Shown in pieces: positions 9,392 through 20,233 of a DNA stretch of 64,000 nt. The stretch lies in contig CBDCQT010000013.1 in assembly GCA_965220745.1 (NCBI GenBank), positions 704,001 to 768,000 of the forward strand, in the 5' to 3' direction. The first letter of the stretch is position 1. Every line of letters starts with the position of its first letter. The position numbers and the translations under genes were made by a program. The notes beneath the pieces were generated by a model that did no database searches, was not told where the DNA came from, and saw nothing but the letters and a program-made list of their open reading frames with translations. This DNA comes from Alphaproteobacteria bacterium (lineage in GTDB: Bacteria; Pseudomonadota; Alphaproteobacteria; UBA828).

Positions 9392-9839
9392 GGGGCGCTT
9401 CTCTCTGGATACCAACATTCTGGTCTATGCGGTCGACCGGGACGGCAGCGAGCGGCACTGGCTCTCCATGGAGCTGGTGGGGCGGGCGGCCCGGCGCGAC
9501 TGCGTCCTGACGGTTCAGGCGCTGGCCGAGTTCTTTCATGCCACCACCCGGAAGAACCTGCTCGAACCGTCCGAAGCCGGCCGGTTCGTGCGCGACTGGC
9601 TGGAGGTGTTCGAGGTCGCATCGGCCGACGGCGCGGCTCTCGCCGAGGCGATGGCAGCGGTGGACGAGCACCGGTTCTCGTTCTGGGACGCGATGCTCTG
9701 GGCGACCGCGAGGCAGGCGGGCTGCTCTGTCCTCGTGAGCGAAGACATGCAGCATGGACGCCGTCTAGGCGGCGTGGAGTTCGTCAACCCGTTCGCGCCC
9801 GACGGCCCCCCGGCGATGGCGACGATGTTCGATCTGTGA
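9378..9839 (+). CDS. vapC: PIN-domain toxin
   Basis: LDTNILVY, QALAEF, FSFWDAML, VSEDMQHG. Confidence 0.9.
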   Translation: MTVVKGRFSLDTNILVYAVDRDGSERHWLSMELVGRAARRDCVLTVQALAEFFHATTRKNLLEPSEAGRFVRDWLEVFEVASADGAALAEAMAAVDEHRFSFWDAMLWATARQAGCSVLVSEDMQHGRRLGGVEFVNPFAPDGPPAMATMFDL

Positions 9840-10167
9840 GCTCCGCCGGCTAACCCGAGCTCTGCGCCTCCCGGCTCCGCAGGCCGCCCCGCCCTGGCGC
9901 TCCCGCCGACGCGGCACCGAGCCGCCGCACCCCTCAAGCAAGGGCAACAGCATCCCGCTCTACCGATCCTCCTGGCGCCGAGCGTAGCGCCGCCATAGGG
10001 GCGGCAGGACGTGCGGGCTGCGATGTCCTTGAGAACCCGGCAGGCGTCGGGGCAGGCGGCGGCCGGGAGGAGGAGAGTGGCTTTGGAGAAGTGAACGTGA
10101 GGTGGATCGAGAGAGATCGCCCCGTTCGCCAACCATCGTCAGAACTCGCACGTGAAGGAGCACGATC

Positions 10168-10617
10168 ATGAGTTTCGGACTGAACCGCGCAGAAGTCATT
10201 GGCCGCCTGGGTGCGGACGTCACCATCAACAGCCTCGCCTCCGGCGGGCGCGTGGCCAACATGAGCGTGGCGACCGATGAGTCGTATATCGACAGGGCCG
10301 CCGGCGGCGAGCGGATCGACAAGACAGAGTGGCATCGCGTCGTCAGCTTCCAGGACGGGCTGATCGACATGCTGGCGAAGCACGCGAAGAAGGGCCGGCT
10401 GGTGTACGTCGCGGGCAAGATGCAGACCAGGAAGTGGCGCAAGGAGGGCGAGGACAGCGACCGGTTCTCCACCGAGATCCTGTTGGTGCCCGGTTCGCGC
10501 GTCCAATTCCTGGACAAGCCTGCCGGCACCAACGGCAACGGCACGGCACCGGCCGACGGTGAGGCTCCGCCGGCCGGCGATGCCGCTTCGACAGGTGCCG
10601 ACGGCATTACATTCTAG
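10168..10617 (+). CDS. ssb: Single-stranded DNA-binding protein (intact copy in the inner element)
   Basis: LNRAEVIGRLGAD, VATDESY, TEWHRVV, GKMQTRKW, acidic tail; AAGGAG SD. Confidence 0.95.
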   Translation: MSFGLNRAEVIGRLGADVTINSLASGGRVANMSVATDESYIDRAAGGERIDKTEWHRVVSFQDGLIDMLAKHAKKGRLVYVAGKMQTRKWRKEGEDSDRFSTEILLVPGSRVQFLDKPAGTNGNGTAPADGEAPPAGDAASTGADGITF

Positions 10618-10656
10618 CGACCCTCCCCGCAGCGGGTTCCTACGCCCGCTCGCCCC

Positions 10657-10695
10657 ATGGCCGGCCCCGCGTCCCTCCCGCGCGGGGTCGGCCAT
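10657..10695 (+). promoter_or_regulatory. Hairpin downstream of inner ssb (terminator or ssDNA signal)
   Basis: ATGGCCGGCCCCGCG/CGCGGGGTCGGCCAT stem followed by TTCTT; homolog at 1355..1391. Confidence 0.55.
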
Positions 10696-10902
10696 TTCTT
10701 ATGCAGCCCGATCCGAGCCCTTCACAGGACGGACGGCGGGGCTCGCGCTTCGCGCGCCGCCCCTCGTCCCGGCGCCGACAAGAGTAAGGAGACGCCGGGA
10801 CCGGGGCGCGTCCCATGCTGCGTCCAGCGAGGTCCCCATGCTCCCCATGACCGCCGACGGTCCCGGCTTCGCCGGCTCCCGCCCACGCCCGAGGAGTGCG
10901 CC

Positions 10903-11883
10903 ATGAACGCGGCCGCCGTCGCCGCAGCGCTTGCCGAGCGCGCCGAGGAGGTCTGCCGCCGATACCTGCCCTACGGACGCCGCCGGGGCCGGTACTGGGT
11001 CGCGGGCGACCTCGACGGCGGGCGCGGGCGATCCCTCTTCGTCCGCCTCGCGCCTCCGGGCGTGCCGGGGAAATTCACCGATGCGGCCACGGCCGAGCAT
11101 GGCGATCTTCTCGACATCGTCCGCCACCGCATCAACGCGCCGACGCTTCGCGCGGCGCTCGACGAAGCGCGCGCCTTCCTCGCCCGGCCGGCCGTGCCGG
11201 CCCAGGGCGCGGGCGACGCCTACGACGCCACCGAGGCGGCACGCCGCCTCTGGCGCCGCTGCCGCGCCATCGACGGCACCCATGCAGAAGCCTACCTTCA
11301 CGCTAGGGGGCTCGCGCGCTGCCGCTTCCCCGCCCTGCGCTATCACCCTGCGTTGCTCTACAGGGGTGTCGGTGGCGTGCGCCGCCTGCCGGCCCTGGTC
11401 GCCGCCGTCACCGGCTCCGATGAAGCCGTCTGCGGCGTGCTGCGAACGTGGTTGCACCCGACCGAGCCCGCCAAGGCGAATGTGAGTCGCCCGCGCAAGG
11501 CGCTGGGCCGCGTACACGGCCATGCCGTGCGCTTCGGCCGCCCCGCCGACGGAGCTTCGCTCCTCGTCGGCGAGGGCATCGAGACGGTGCTCTCCCTGGT
11601 GACCGCCTCGCCCGAGATCACCGCCGCCGCAGCGCTGTCCGCCGGCAGCCTCGGCGCCTTCGCGCCGCCTGCCGGCACAGCCCGCCTCGTCATCGCCAGG
11701 GACAACGACGAAGAAGGCGAGCGCGCGGCTCTCCGCCTCGCCCGGCGCTGCGCGCGGGCGGGCGTCGCCGCCACCGTCATCGTGCCTCGCGGCACCGACT
11801 TCAACGAGGATTTGCTCACCTTCGGTCCCGCCGCGCTCGCCGCCTGGACGGCGGCCGCGCTCGCAGACCGGGAGCCCGGGTGA
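10903..11883 (+). CDS. Toprim-domain primase-like protein
   Basis: GEGIETVLS and IARDND toprim acidic motifs, TDFNEDL; GAGGAG SD before ATG 10903. Confidence 0.88.
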   Translation: MNAAAVAAALAERAEEVCRRYLPYGRRRGRYWVAGDLDGGRGRSLFVRLAPPGVPGKFTDAATAEHGDLLDIVRHRINAPTLRAALDEARAFLARPAVPAQGAGDAYDATEAARRLWRRCRAIDGTHAEAYLHARGLARCRFPALRYHPALLYRGVGGVRRLPALVAAVTGSDEAVCGVLRTWLHPTEPAKANVSRPRKALGRVHGHAVRFGRPADGASLLVGEGIETVLSLVTASPEITAAAALSAGSLGAFAPPAGTARLVIARDNDEEGERAALRLARRCARAGVAATVIVPRGTDFNEDLLTFGPAALAAWTAAALADREPG

Positions 11884-11959
11884 AGCGGGCAAGGGGCGAG
11901 CCGCATGGAGAGCAGAGAGAGTCCTCTCCGCGCCGGCAGCACGCTACGGGGAGAAGACC

Positions 11960-12187
11960 ATGAGCAGCGACATCAGGTTCCGGCGGGTGGGCGAGAACGA
12001 GGCCCGCGTCTATCAGGACGGCGACCACGTCGGGGACGTCTATCGCCAGGACGACATCCTCAACCGCGGCGCGGTGTTCTACGTGGTGCATCTCAGCGAA
12101 GACCCCCGCGGCCCCGTCAGGGTGCACGAGCGCCATCGCGTCCGCGAGGTCGCCCGCCACCTCCTCGACACCCATCCGATGCTGTGA
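11960..12187 (+). CDS. Small hypothetical protein
   Basis: GGGAG SD, typical codon usage, 75 aa. Confidence 0.6.
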   Translation: MSSDIRFRRVGENEARVYQDGDHVGDVYRQDDILNRGAVFYVVHLSEDPRGPVRVHERHRVREVARHLLDTHPML

Positions 12188-12834
12188 GCGGTGACGAGCG
12201 GCACCGGCGGTGTCATCGGCGGCACCGGGAGCGGCTCGCTCTCGATCCCGTCGCCCGGCCCGCGGCCGGCACCGTGCCTCCCATCGCCTCGACGGCGCCA
12301 CGCCGCTCTCTCTCTTGCAGGATACAGAAACAAGGGGTCCGTCCGTCGTGATGTCCGAGGGTTCCACGCGTGCTCGCGGCAGCAACCCTGCGGGTCCTTC
12401 GGTCGCTCCGCTCCCTGCGGCCTGGCCCAAGGAACTGTAAGGCGGGCCGTGAAGTTCGGCGACCGTGAAGATGGCTTGCGAGTAATCGCCAACCGCCTCG
12501 TCTCGCAGCGCGCCGGCCCCTGACGCGGGGCCGTCGCGTCACGCTGCACCGCCTCAAATCCATTCGCGGAACCGTTCGTGGCGGCGCCTAGACGCCGGGC
12601 AGGCCCAAGCGGGCCTCCCCGGCCCGGCGCCGTAATGACCACTGGAATGGATTTGCTGCGGAGCACCGTTCCCACCGGCACGCCGGCACCATCTTCCGCA
12701 CCAGCTCGCCGAACTTCCGCGCCACCCCGCCTAACAGTTCCTAAGGCCAGGTGCTGCCTCTGCGCGCGCGTGAATCAAGAAGGACATCACAACGGGGCAC
12801 AGGGTCCCGGAGGTTGAACCAACAGGAGATCGTC

Positions 12835-13749
12835 ATGATCGACACTACCGCAACTGCTTCCTCCACTGCCACGGTCTGCGAGAGCATGGCCCTCTACGGC
12901 GCAGCGCCCGAGCGCGGCGAGCTCGACAGCAGGGTCGTCTGGGACGAGGACGACGCCATCGACGCGCTGAACGAAGCCATCCGCGTCATCGTCGAGGGTA
13001 TCACCGTAGACGGCACACAGATGGCCGACGAGCGCGAGCCCCTGATGTGGGGCCTGACCAACATGCTGCACTCCCAGATCACCCGCCTCGACCGCGCCGT
13101 CGACCGCATCGCGCCCGAGATGCGCGACCTCGAGAAGGCGCAGGATGGATCGGAGGTGAAGGCGCACGAGCTCGAGACGATGACCGACCGTGCCCGGAAC
13201 CTCGGCGACCGGCGCGACGCCTTCGAGAAGATGCGCGACCTCGCCGCCGACGCCTACCGCGTCGAGACCGGCGACACCTGGCGCCCGAGGCACGGCTCGC
13301 ACACGAGCCAGACCGGACAGCTCACCTCCGCCGCCATCGACGCCCGCGACTTCCGCAGAGCCCGCAAGGACCGCGAGACAAGAGCGCACCTGCCCGAGGG
13401 CACCCTGGTCGCCATCACCGGCGGCAAGACCGTCAGCGATGCCGACGCCGTCTGGAGCACGCTCGACATGGCGCGCGCCAAGTACGGCGACATGGTCCTG
13501 CTCCACGGTGGCGGTCCCGGCGTCGAGAAGGTCGCCGCGAGCTGGGCCGAGGCCAGAGGCGTCAACCAGGTCGTCTGCCGCCCCGACTGGACCGCCCACG
13601 GCAAGGCCGCGCCCTTCCGCCGCAACGACGAGCTGCTGAACTTCCTGCCCAAGGGCGTCATCGCATTCCCCGGCAGCGGCATCACCGGCAACCTCGTCGA
13701 CAAGGCGAAGACGTTGGGCATACCTGTGATGACCGTCAAAGCCGCGTAA
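12835..13749 (+). CDS. DUF2493 (YspA/SLOG-like) domain protein
   Basis: C-terminal VAITGG, LLHGG..GVEKVA, AAPFRRND, IAFPGSGIT; AGGAG SD. Confidence 0.8.
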   Translation: MIDTTATASSTATVCESMALYGAAPERGELDSRVVWDEDDAIDALNEAIRVIVEGITVDGTQMADEREPLMWGLTNMLHSQITRLDRAVDRIAPEMRDLEKAQDGSEVKAHELETMTDRARNLGDRRDAFEKMRDLAADAYRVETGDTWRPRHGSHTSQTGQLTSAAIDARDFRRARKDRETRAHLPEGTLVAITGGKTVSDADAVWSTLDMARAKYGDMVLLHGGGPGVEKVAASWAEARGVNQVVCRPDWTAHGKAAPFRRNDELLNFLPKGVIAFPGSGITGNLVDKAKTLGIPVMTVKAA

Positions 13750-13767
13750 GCGGCGCTCGCCTCGACG

Positions 13768-13801
13768 AAGCGGCCGATCCCCGATGCGGGATCGGCCGCT
13801 T
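13768..13801 (+). terminator. Intrinsic terminator
   Basis: Perfect 14-bp stem AAGCGGCCGATCCC/GGGATCGGCCGCTT just after the stop codon. Confidence 0.7.
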
Positions 13802-14029
13802 TCGTCGTGTTTCACGACGGGCATCACGAGCGTCGGCCTGTGCGCCGGCACATCGGCATGCGCACCGGAAAACCGAGTGCGTGCGCTCAGGCCGGCGTCG
13901 CCGCGCTTCGCGCTGCCTTGGTCAGTGTCGGCAGCAGCTGCGCTCGCGCCCGGCTCGGCGCTGCGCGCCGTCGCCGGACGCTCGCCTCGCAGCGGCGCGC
14001 GCATGGACTGCGCGCGCTCCCGCTTGTGC

Positions 14030-14705
14030 CGGTGACGATGATCGCGGCGATGAAGATGGCGAGGATGCACCGGCGAGTGCGGCCGCCGACATCGTTCCGC
14101 AAATCACCTTCGACCCATGGACTGCATCTCCCATGCGCGTGCTCGGCGTCAGCGCCGTCGCCGATGGCGACGAGCGCCTCGACGCCTCGCCCGACATCGG
14201 CGCCGCCGCGCCCGAACGGCCAGGCGTCGTCAAGCCCTGCACTCGTGGCGATCAAGGCGATCGGCACGCTGCGCCGATCGTGATCGCCAGCCTCTGCACG
14301 TCTTCCCGGTTGCCCTCCGGCCAACCAGCGCCGGATCGTTGCGGTCGCGTGTCCACCCTCCGCGAAAGCCGACCCTCGGCCCAGTCGCATGCCGCCGTCG
14401 CCGAGTGCTGCACCGGTGCGAGTGTCGCTGCGAGCGCCCCCGCTGCCGAAGATGACCATGACCATGACGATCGCAACGGAGCATCGCCGAGTGCGACAGC
14501 TACCGCCGTGCCGAACTTCACCTCCGGGAGACGAACTGCGAGACCCCTGTGCAGGCTCCCCGTCAGTGCCGCCGCCGATGGCGACGAGCGCTACGACGCC
14601 TCGCCCGACACTGGTGCCGCCTCGCCTGAACGGCCCGGCGTCACCGAGCCCCGCACTCGTGACGATCATGGTGATCGGTCAACTGCGCCTGCCATGATCG
14701 CATGC
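14030..14705. repeat. Degenerate direct repeat of about 260 bp, offset 414 bp
   Basis: CCGATGGCGACGAGCGC..CGACGCCTCGCCCGACA at 14161 and 14575, with flanks alignable. Confidence 0.75.
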
Positions 14706-15357
14706 CCGATCCGGTCGCGATGCACATCGTTGCGTGCCCGACCCGATCGCCCCTAAGCCCTGCGGACTCCGGTCTTATTCCTGCCGCAATTCAAAAGGGC
14801 TGGCCCTGACCGCTTCTATATCGAACTTGTGTCCCCCTCGACGCTTGCGCGCTTCTGTTCTCACACCTGACGCAGCTCGCTGCCAGCCTACGACATCACT
14901 ACGCTCAAGCACGTGGAGGATACGGTCTGCTACGATACTTCGTAGAAGAGCGTAGCTCAGAGGAGCCGGAATAACTGCGTCGCATTTTGCGTCGCTCCGA
15001 GCTACATAAGAATTGTTCCCAATGAAGCAATGACTTGAGCGTCACGTTCGATAGAGCCTCGGGCATGGCGCTCAGATAGACATGGCACTGTTCCCATACC
15101 CGCATCCCGTTCTGCACCCGCATTCGGGGCACGGTCAACTGCTGCACATTGCGTTCGGTAGCGCGTAATCGAGTCAAAATCGACGACAATGTTTCCGTCA
15201 GAGGCCCTCCAATCGTCCAACAAACAACCCCGTTTCAGCTTCAAGGTTCCGCCAAACTCCGGTCACGGCGTCGCGCTGAGCACGATTCACCGTCGCGAAT
15301 GCGCGCCGCTTCACGGAAAATAGTGCGCGCATCGGCGCTGTAGGGGGGAATGGAACC

Positions 15358-15708
15358 ATGCCCGGGACGATCAGCAAGCACATCCGCATCGACGAGGAGC
15401 TCTGGAAACGCCTCGAAGTGGCCGCCGGGGAACAGGACATGACCGCCAACCGATTTCTCGCCGAGCTCGCTGAGCAGTGGCTGGAGACGAGGGAGTGGCC
15501 GCAATCCGAGGTGCAGGTCCGCGTCGCGCGCGCCTCTCTCTTCGCCGCACAGGCCATTGCGCTCGACATGATCGCCGCAGGCCGCAAGACCGAGGTCGAC
15601 CAAATCCTCGAGCATGTGGCCACTATCGTTCCCGGCGTCGCTCCCGAACCGTTGGCGGAGAGAGAGGCGGTCTCGCAGAAGCGTGATCCAGAACGGGAAG
15701 ACTCGTGA
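15358..15708 (+). CDS. Ribbon-helix-helix-like small DNA-binding protein
   Basis: ISKHIRIDEELWKRLEVAA...TANRFLAELAE fits the beta-alpha-alpha pattern. Confidence 0.6.
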   Translation: MPGTISKHIRIDEELWKRLEVAAGEQDMTANRFLAELAEQWLETREWPQSEVQVRVARASLFAAQAIALDMIAAGRKTEVDQILEHVATIVPGVAPEPLAEREAVSQKRDPEREDS

Positions 15709-15956
15709 ACCTTGCGCGCCGTCAGCCGTCGACGGCGGGCGCGGTGCTGCCTGGGCTGGCCTACGGACGCGAGAATTCCATCGTCGGCCCGCTCGACTTT
15801 CCCAAAGTCTCGCTTCACATGGTAGAAGGCCCGAGTTCCGGTGCCATTGGGGGGGCTCAAAAACGTGGACGGCATCAAGAATTTCGCGCCTCTTGTCCCG
15901 GCTGCGGCGCCTGCCGTTGGCGGCCTTCTTGAGCGACTTCGACCGCTGCATGGCTC

Positions 15957-16790
15957 ATGACTGCTGAAGACCGCTCGGCCAGCGGTGCGTCGAACGCCTC
16001 GACGCCGGCAGCAGCGGCACCGGGAAACAGGTTTCTGCCGGGCGTTCCGGGCGCCGACATCGAGCGAATCATCGACGCTGCGCCGGGCAACGAGATCGCC
16101 AGCGGCAAGTTCGACAGCCCGGAGTCCTCCGCTGCGCTCGCCGCCAACGCCTTCGGCCTTTTTCTCCACCGGCCGCAAATGCTACCGGCTTTGCCCGGCT
16201 GCAAGAGCTTGTCATGGCCCGCCCGCTCTCTGTCGATCGAACAGACCGTGCGTTTTCCGTGGCGCGGCGGCCGCCGTCCGGTTCTGGACTGTCTCGTGTT
16301 CACGCCCTCCGCTCTCATCGGCATCGAGTCCAAGCGCTTCGAGCCCTATCGCGGCGGCAAGCCCGCAGAATTCAGCGACGCCTACTGGCGTCCGGTCTGG
16401 GGAGACCGCATGAAGGGATTCGAACGAGTGCGGGATCGGCTTCGCGAGAGCCCACGTCTGTTCGACTTTCTTGATGCGGCGCAACTGGTCAAGCATGCCC
16501 TCGGTCTGCGTTCCGAAGTTCACGGACCGGGCGGACATCGCGGCCTTCTCCCCGTCCTTTACTACGTCTACGCGGAACCTGCCTGCTGGCCCAGAACCGG
16601 GCAGCGCGTCGACATCGCCGCCGTTGCCGCGCACCGGGAGGAGATTGCCCGCTTCGCAGGGCTCGTAGAGGGCGACGAAGTGGCCTTCGTGCCTTGCACC
16701 TACCGGCGTCTGCTGGAGGCGTGGAAGCACGACCGCGGGGAGGAAGTCGCAGCCCATGCGGAAGCAGTGGAGGTGCGCTATTCGCCCTGA
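15957..16790 (+). CDS. PD-(D/E)xK nuclease, PGN_0703-like putative restriction endonuclease
   Basis: SSAALAANAF, PVLDCLV...IGIESKRFEPY, QLVKH. Confidence 0.7.
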   Translation: MTAEDRSASGASNASTPAAAAPGNRFLPGVPGADIERIIDAAPGNEIASGKFDSPESSAALAANAFGLFLHRPQMLPALPGCKSLSWPARSLSIEQTVRFPWRGGRRPVLDCLVFTPSALIGIESKRFEPYRGGKPAEFSDAYWRPVWGDRMKGFERVRDRLRESPRLFDFLDAAQLVKHALGLRSEVHGPGGHRGLLPVLYYVYAEPACWPRTGQRVDIAAVAAHREEIARFAGLVEGDEVAFVPCTYRRLLEAWKHDRGEEVAAHAEAVEVRYSP

Positions 16791-16796
16791 CCGCTC

Positions 16797-17669
16797 TCAG
16801 GCGGTCGAATTCATGGGCTCGCTGCGGTCCACCACCTTCTCGGCCGTGCCCACAATCAGCGGGTCCGGCCCTGTTACCACCGCGGGATCACGGTCCGAAT
16901 AGGGCAGGTTGGTGAGAAAGTGCTGCATGCACGCGAGCCGCGCGCGCTTCTTGTCGTCGGACTTGATCACCGTCCACGGCGCGTCGGCGGTGTCGGTGTA
17001 GAAGAACATCGCCTCCTTGGCCTGCGTGTAGGCGTCCCACTTGTCCAGTGAGGCAAGGTCGATGGGCGAGATCTTCCACTGCTTCAGCGGATCGGTCTTC
17101 CGGCTCTCGAACCGGAGCGCCTGCTGCTCCTGGGAAACCGAGAACCAGTATTTGAACAGACGGATGCCGCTGCGCACCAGCATCCGCTCGAGCTCGGGAC
17201 ACTGGCGCATGAACTCCAGGTATTCCGAGCCGGTGCAGAAGCCCATCACGCGCTCCACACCGGCGCGGTTGTACCAGGAGCGGTCGAACAGGACGACCTC
17301 GCCCGCTGCCGGCAGGTGTCGGACGTAGCGCTGGAAATACCATTCGCCGCGTTCGCGGTCGCTGGGCTTTTCCAGAGCCACCACGCGGGCGCCGCGCGGG
17401 TTCAGGTGTTCCATGAAGCGCTTGATCGCGCCGCCCTTGCCGGCCGCGTCCCGTCCCTCGAAGAGGACGACCACCTTCTCGCCGGATTCCCTCACCCAGT
17501 GCTGCGCCTTGAGCAGCTCGATCTGGAGCCCGGCCTTGAGGCGCTCGTACTCGGCTCGCTTCATGCGGTTCGCGTAGGGGTAGATCCCTTCCCGAAACAC
17601 CCGCACAGGGTCTGCCGCGGCCGCTCCCTCCGGCCCCGTTCCGTTTCCCCTTGTCGTTCCTTCCTGCAT
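16797..17669 (-). CDS. ppk2: Polyphosphate kinase 2
   Basis: FEGRDAAGKGG, WYFQRY, FDRSWYNRAGVERVMGFC, KSDDKKRAR. Confidence 0.95.
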   Translation of the reverse strand: MQEGTTRGNGTGPEGAAAADPVRVFREGIYPYANRMKRAEYERLKAGLQIELLKAQHWVRESGEKVVVLFEGRDAAGKGGAIKRFMEHLNPRGARVVALEKPSDRERGEWYFQRYVRHLPAAGEVVLFDRSWYNRAGVERVMGFCTGSEYLEFMRQCPELERMLVRSGIRLFKYWFSVSQEQQALRFESRKTDPLKQWKISPIDLASLDKWDAYTQAKEAMFFYTDTADAPWTVIKSDDKKRARLACMQHFLTNLPYSDRDPAVVTGPDPLIVGTAEKVVDRSEPMNSTA

Positions 17670-18156
17670 GTCGGGCCTCACTTCGGGATAGATATGCGAC
17701 GGCTCGCCAATGTCCGTCTCGGGCTGGCGACGATCTCCCTCGTCGCTGACGCAATTGTCATCGTCGGCCTCTTCCCTGCTGCCGTCCCGGCGCACGGCGA
17801 TGGAGCAACGGCAGGCGTGTCCGGGGCCGACGAGACAGCCGCTTCACCGATTACCATTTTTTGCTGCGCGGGTTTATGTCCGCAGGACGATTGCGGCGGC
17901 GGCGGCGAATCAACCATACAGCCATCGCGAGCACGTAGCACGCGGCGAGCAATGCGCCACCGGCGATCAATTCGGACGAGGCAGGGTCGAGCGGCACAGT
18001 GCCGCACCTATATCAGAGCGATTGCTTTCGAACCATCAACCTGACCAAGCGGACAACGGTGGGGTGCCCTCGACGAACGCGCGGTACTTGACGACAACCT
18101 CGTGCTCTCAGCCGGCGGACGCAGTGCGTCTCGCCAAGGGACCGCGACGAGTTCAC

Positions 18157-18560
18157 CCATCCTGCCCGAGACATCGGTCGGCCCGCGATGGTGGAGAACA
18201 TCGCGGACGGCATTCGCGCGGCGATGGCCGACGCGGGGACCGGCGATCCGGCGGACGTCCACTACGTCCAGACCAAGACGCCGCTGCTCACCATCGACAT
18301 GGTGCGGGACGCGCACGCGCGCTGAGACCTTGGCCGAGGTGGTCCGTGAATTGATGGGGGTTGGCGCACCAATGGCACCATCGGGCTCGGCATCGCGGTC
18401 GTGCTTGGCGAAGTCGCCATGCCCTGGGCCGACGAAATCTGCCACAGCGTCGACCTCTGCTCATCGATCGCCTCGTGCTCGTCGGGCGTGGAACTCGACC
18501 GCGGGAAGATCGCCCTCTTCGGCAATGCGCCGGGGGTCGGCGGGCGCTTCCGCATCGTCC
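18157..18560 (+). pseudogene. Fragment of barbiturase/cyanuric acid hydrolase (ring-opening amidohydrolase)
   Basis: DIGRPAMVE...[16 protein letters not shown], stop at 18323, then LGIAVVLGE...[12 protein letters not shown]...GVGGRFRI; frameshifted and truncated at both ends. Confidence 0.8.
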
Positions 18561-18564
18561 CAGA

Positions 18565-19206
18565 TCAAGGGCGGACGCAACATCCATCCAGTATGACTCG
18601 GGTCATCGTCTCGGCTGCGGTGTCGAAGTCATTTCTCGTGAGCCGTCGCTGCCTGAGCACGTCGGCGGCCAACATCCCGAAGTCCGCATAGAACTGGGTC
18701 GCGGACCACAGCACGATGAAGAAGTGGCGCGGGTCCACCGGCGCCATCTTCCCGAGGCGGATCCACTCCTCCACCACATGGGCGCGCTGGTCAGTGACCT
18801 CGCGAATGTGCTGGCGCTGGCGCCGCTCCAGGAACTGCGCGCCGCGCAGGATCTCGTTGGCGAAGAAGCGGGATTCCGTAGCGTGGCGGCGTGAATACTC
18901 GAGCTTCGCGCGAATGTAGGCAGCGATGGCCTCGCGCGGTTCGCGCTCGGACACAATGTGCTCGAAGGCTCGGTCCCATTCCTCGATCAGGCGCTCGATA
19001 ACCGCCGCGTAGATGCTCTCCTTGGTCGGAAAGTAGTAGTAGACGTTGGTCTTCGGCAGGCCGCTGACCCGGGCGATCTCCTTCATGTGCGTGCCGTGAA
19101 AGCTCTTGTCGGCAAAAAGGCCGACGGCGGCGCGCAGGATCTTTTCCTCGTTCCGGGCCCGGATACGCGGCGTCCCCCCCGCATCTTCTCGCTTCGTTTT
19201 CGTCAT
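18565..19206 (-). CDS. TetR-family regulator, RutR-like
   Basis: [18 protein letters not shown]; [24 protein letters not shown] typical of the RutR group. Confidence 0.85.
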   Translation of the reverse strand: MTKTKREDAGGTPRIRARNEEKILRAAVGLFADKSFHGTHMKEIARVSGLPKTNVYYYFPTKESIYAAVIERLIEEWDRAFEHIVSEREPREAIAAYIRAKLEYSRRHATESRFFANEILRGAQFLERRQRQHIREVTDQRAHVVEEWIRLGKMAPVDPRHFFIVLWSATQFYADFGMLAADVLRQRRLTRNDFDTAAETMTRVILDGCCVRP

Positions 19207-19330
19207 GCCTGTGCCCCACCTCACACTACAACTTTCTGCGCTATCGCGGCCGGCCTCAGTCTAACCCCGCTCGGCTGTTGCCGGGCCAGAAATTACTTGA
19301 CGTGCGTGTCACGTTGCCAGATCGTGAAAC

Positions 19331-20230
19331 ATGACATTGGTGTCAGGTCCTGACGCATTGGAGCGGTCGGACGCCATGGCGATGCAACTCAGAGCGGCGC
19401 TCCGGGAGTCGCTCGACGGCTGGCAGGAAGACATCGCCTCTCCCTGGCGTGATGTCGTCGGCGATGTCGCGCTGGGTTTCGACGATATGGACCCCGCGCT
19501 CGAGCTCGAACCCTGGGAGCCGATCTTTCCCGCCCGGCGGGGCCGGACCTTTCCCGGCGCGCCGGCGGACGCGCACATGCTCCGCGCCTTCGACGGCATT
19601 GTGCCAGAGGATGTGCGCTGCGTGATCCTGGGTCAGGATCCCTATCCCTGCCCCGCCTTTTCGACCGGGCGGGCCTTTGAGGCCGGCAACGTTTCCCACT
19701 GGCGGGAGCTCGACAAGATGTTCTCCCCAAGCGTGCGCGCGGTCATCCAGCTCATCGTCGGCGCGCGCACGGGCGAGATTCACTACGCCCGGAGCTTCGC
19801 GCAGTGGCCGGCGACGCTGGCTGCCATCGAAGCCGGCGCGGTCGACTTGGAAGCGCCCTCTGCCCTCGCCGACCACTGGGTGAAGTCCGGTGTATTGCTC
19901 CTCAACACCTCGCTCACGCTGACGCGCTTCCGGCGGGAGGGCGATCCCCACCAGATGCGCGGGCACCTGCCGCTCTGGCGGCCGTTCATGGTGCGGGTGC
20001 TCGATCATCTCGCGCGGAGAAGAACGCCGGTCGTTTTCCTGGGCTTCGGCGGTGCGGCGTCTGAGACCCTCGCGGCAGTGGGCCTCAGTGAGGCAAGTGC
20101 GGGCACTGACCAGCGCGTCATCCTCCGCCCGCACCCGGCCGCTGCCGATGCCGTGCTGATGCCGGAGAACCCGTTCACGCTTTGCAACCGGCGCCTCCAG
20201 GCGATAGGCGCAGACCCGGTGGACTGGTAG
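19331..20230 (+). CDS. Uracil-DNA glycosylase superfamily protein (divergent family-1-like)
   Basis: VILGQDPYP, GVLLLNTSLT, C-terminal HPAAA, F..CN..L...G..PVDW. Confidence 0.85.
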   Translation: MTLVSGPDALERSDAMAMQLRAALRESLDGWQEDIASPWRDVVGDVALGFDDMDPALELEPWEPIFPARRGRTFPGAPADAHMLRAFDGIVPEDVRCVILGQDPYPCPAFSTGRAFEAGNVSHWRELDKMFSPSVRAVIQLIVGARTGEIHYARSFAQWPATLAAIEAGAVDLEAPSALADHWVKSGVLLLNTSLTLTRFRREGDPHQMRGHLPLWRPFMVRVLDHLARRRTPVVFLGFGGAASETLAAVGLSEASAGTDQRVILRPHPAAADAVLMPENPFTLCNRRLQAIGADPVDW

Positions 20231-20233
20231 GCG

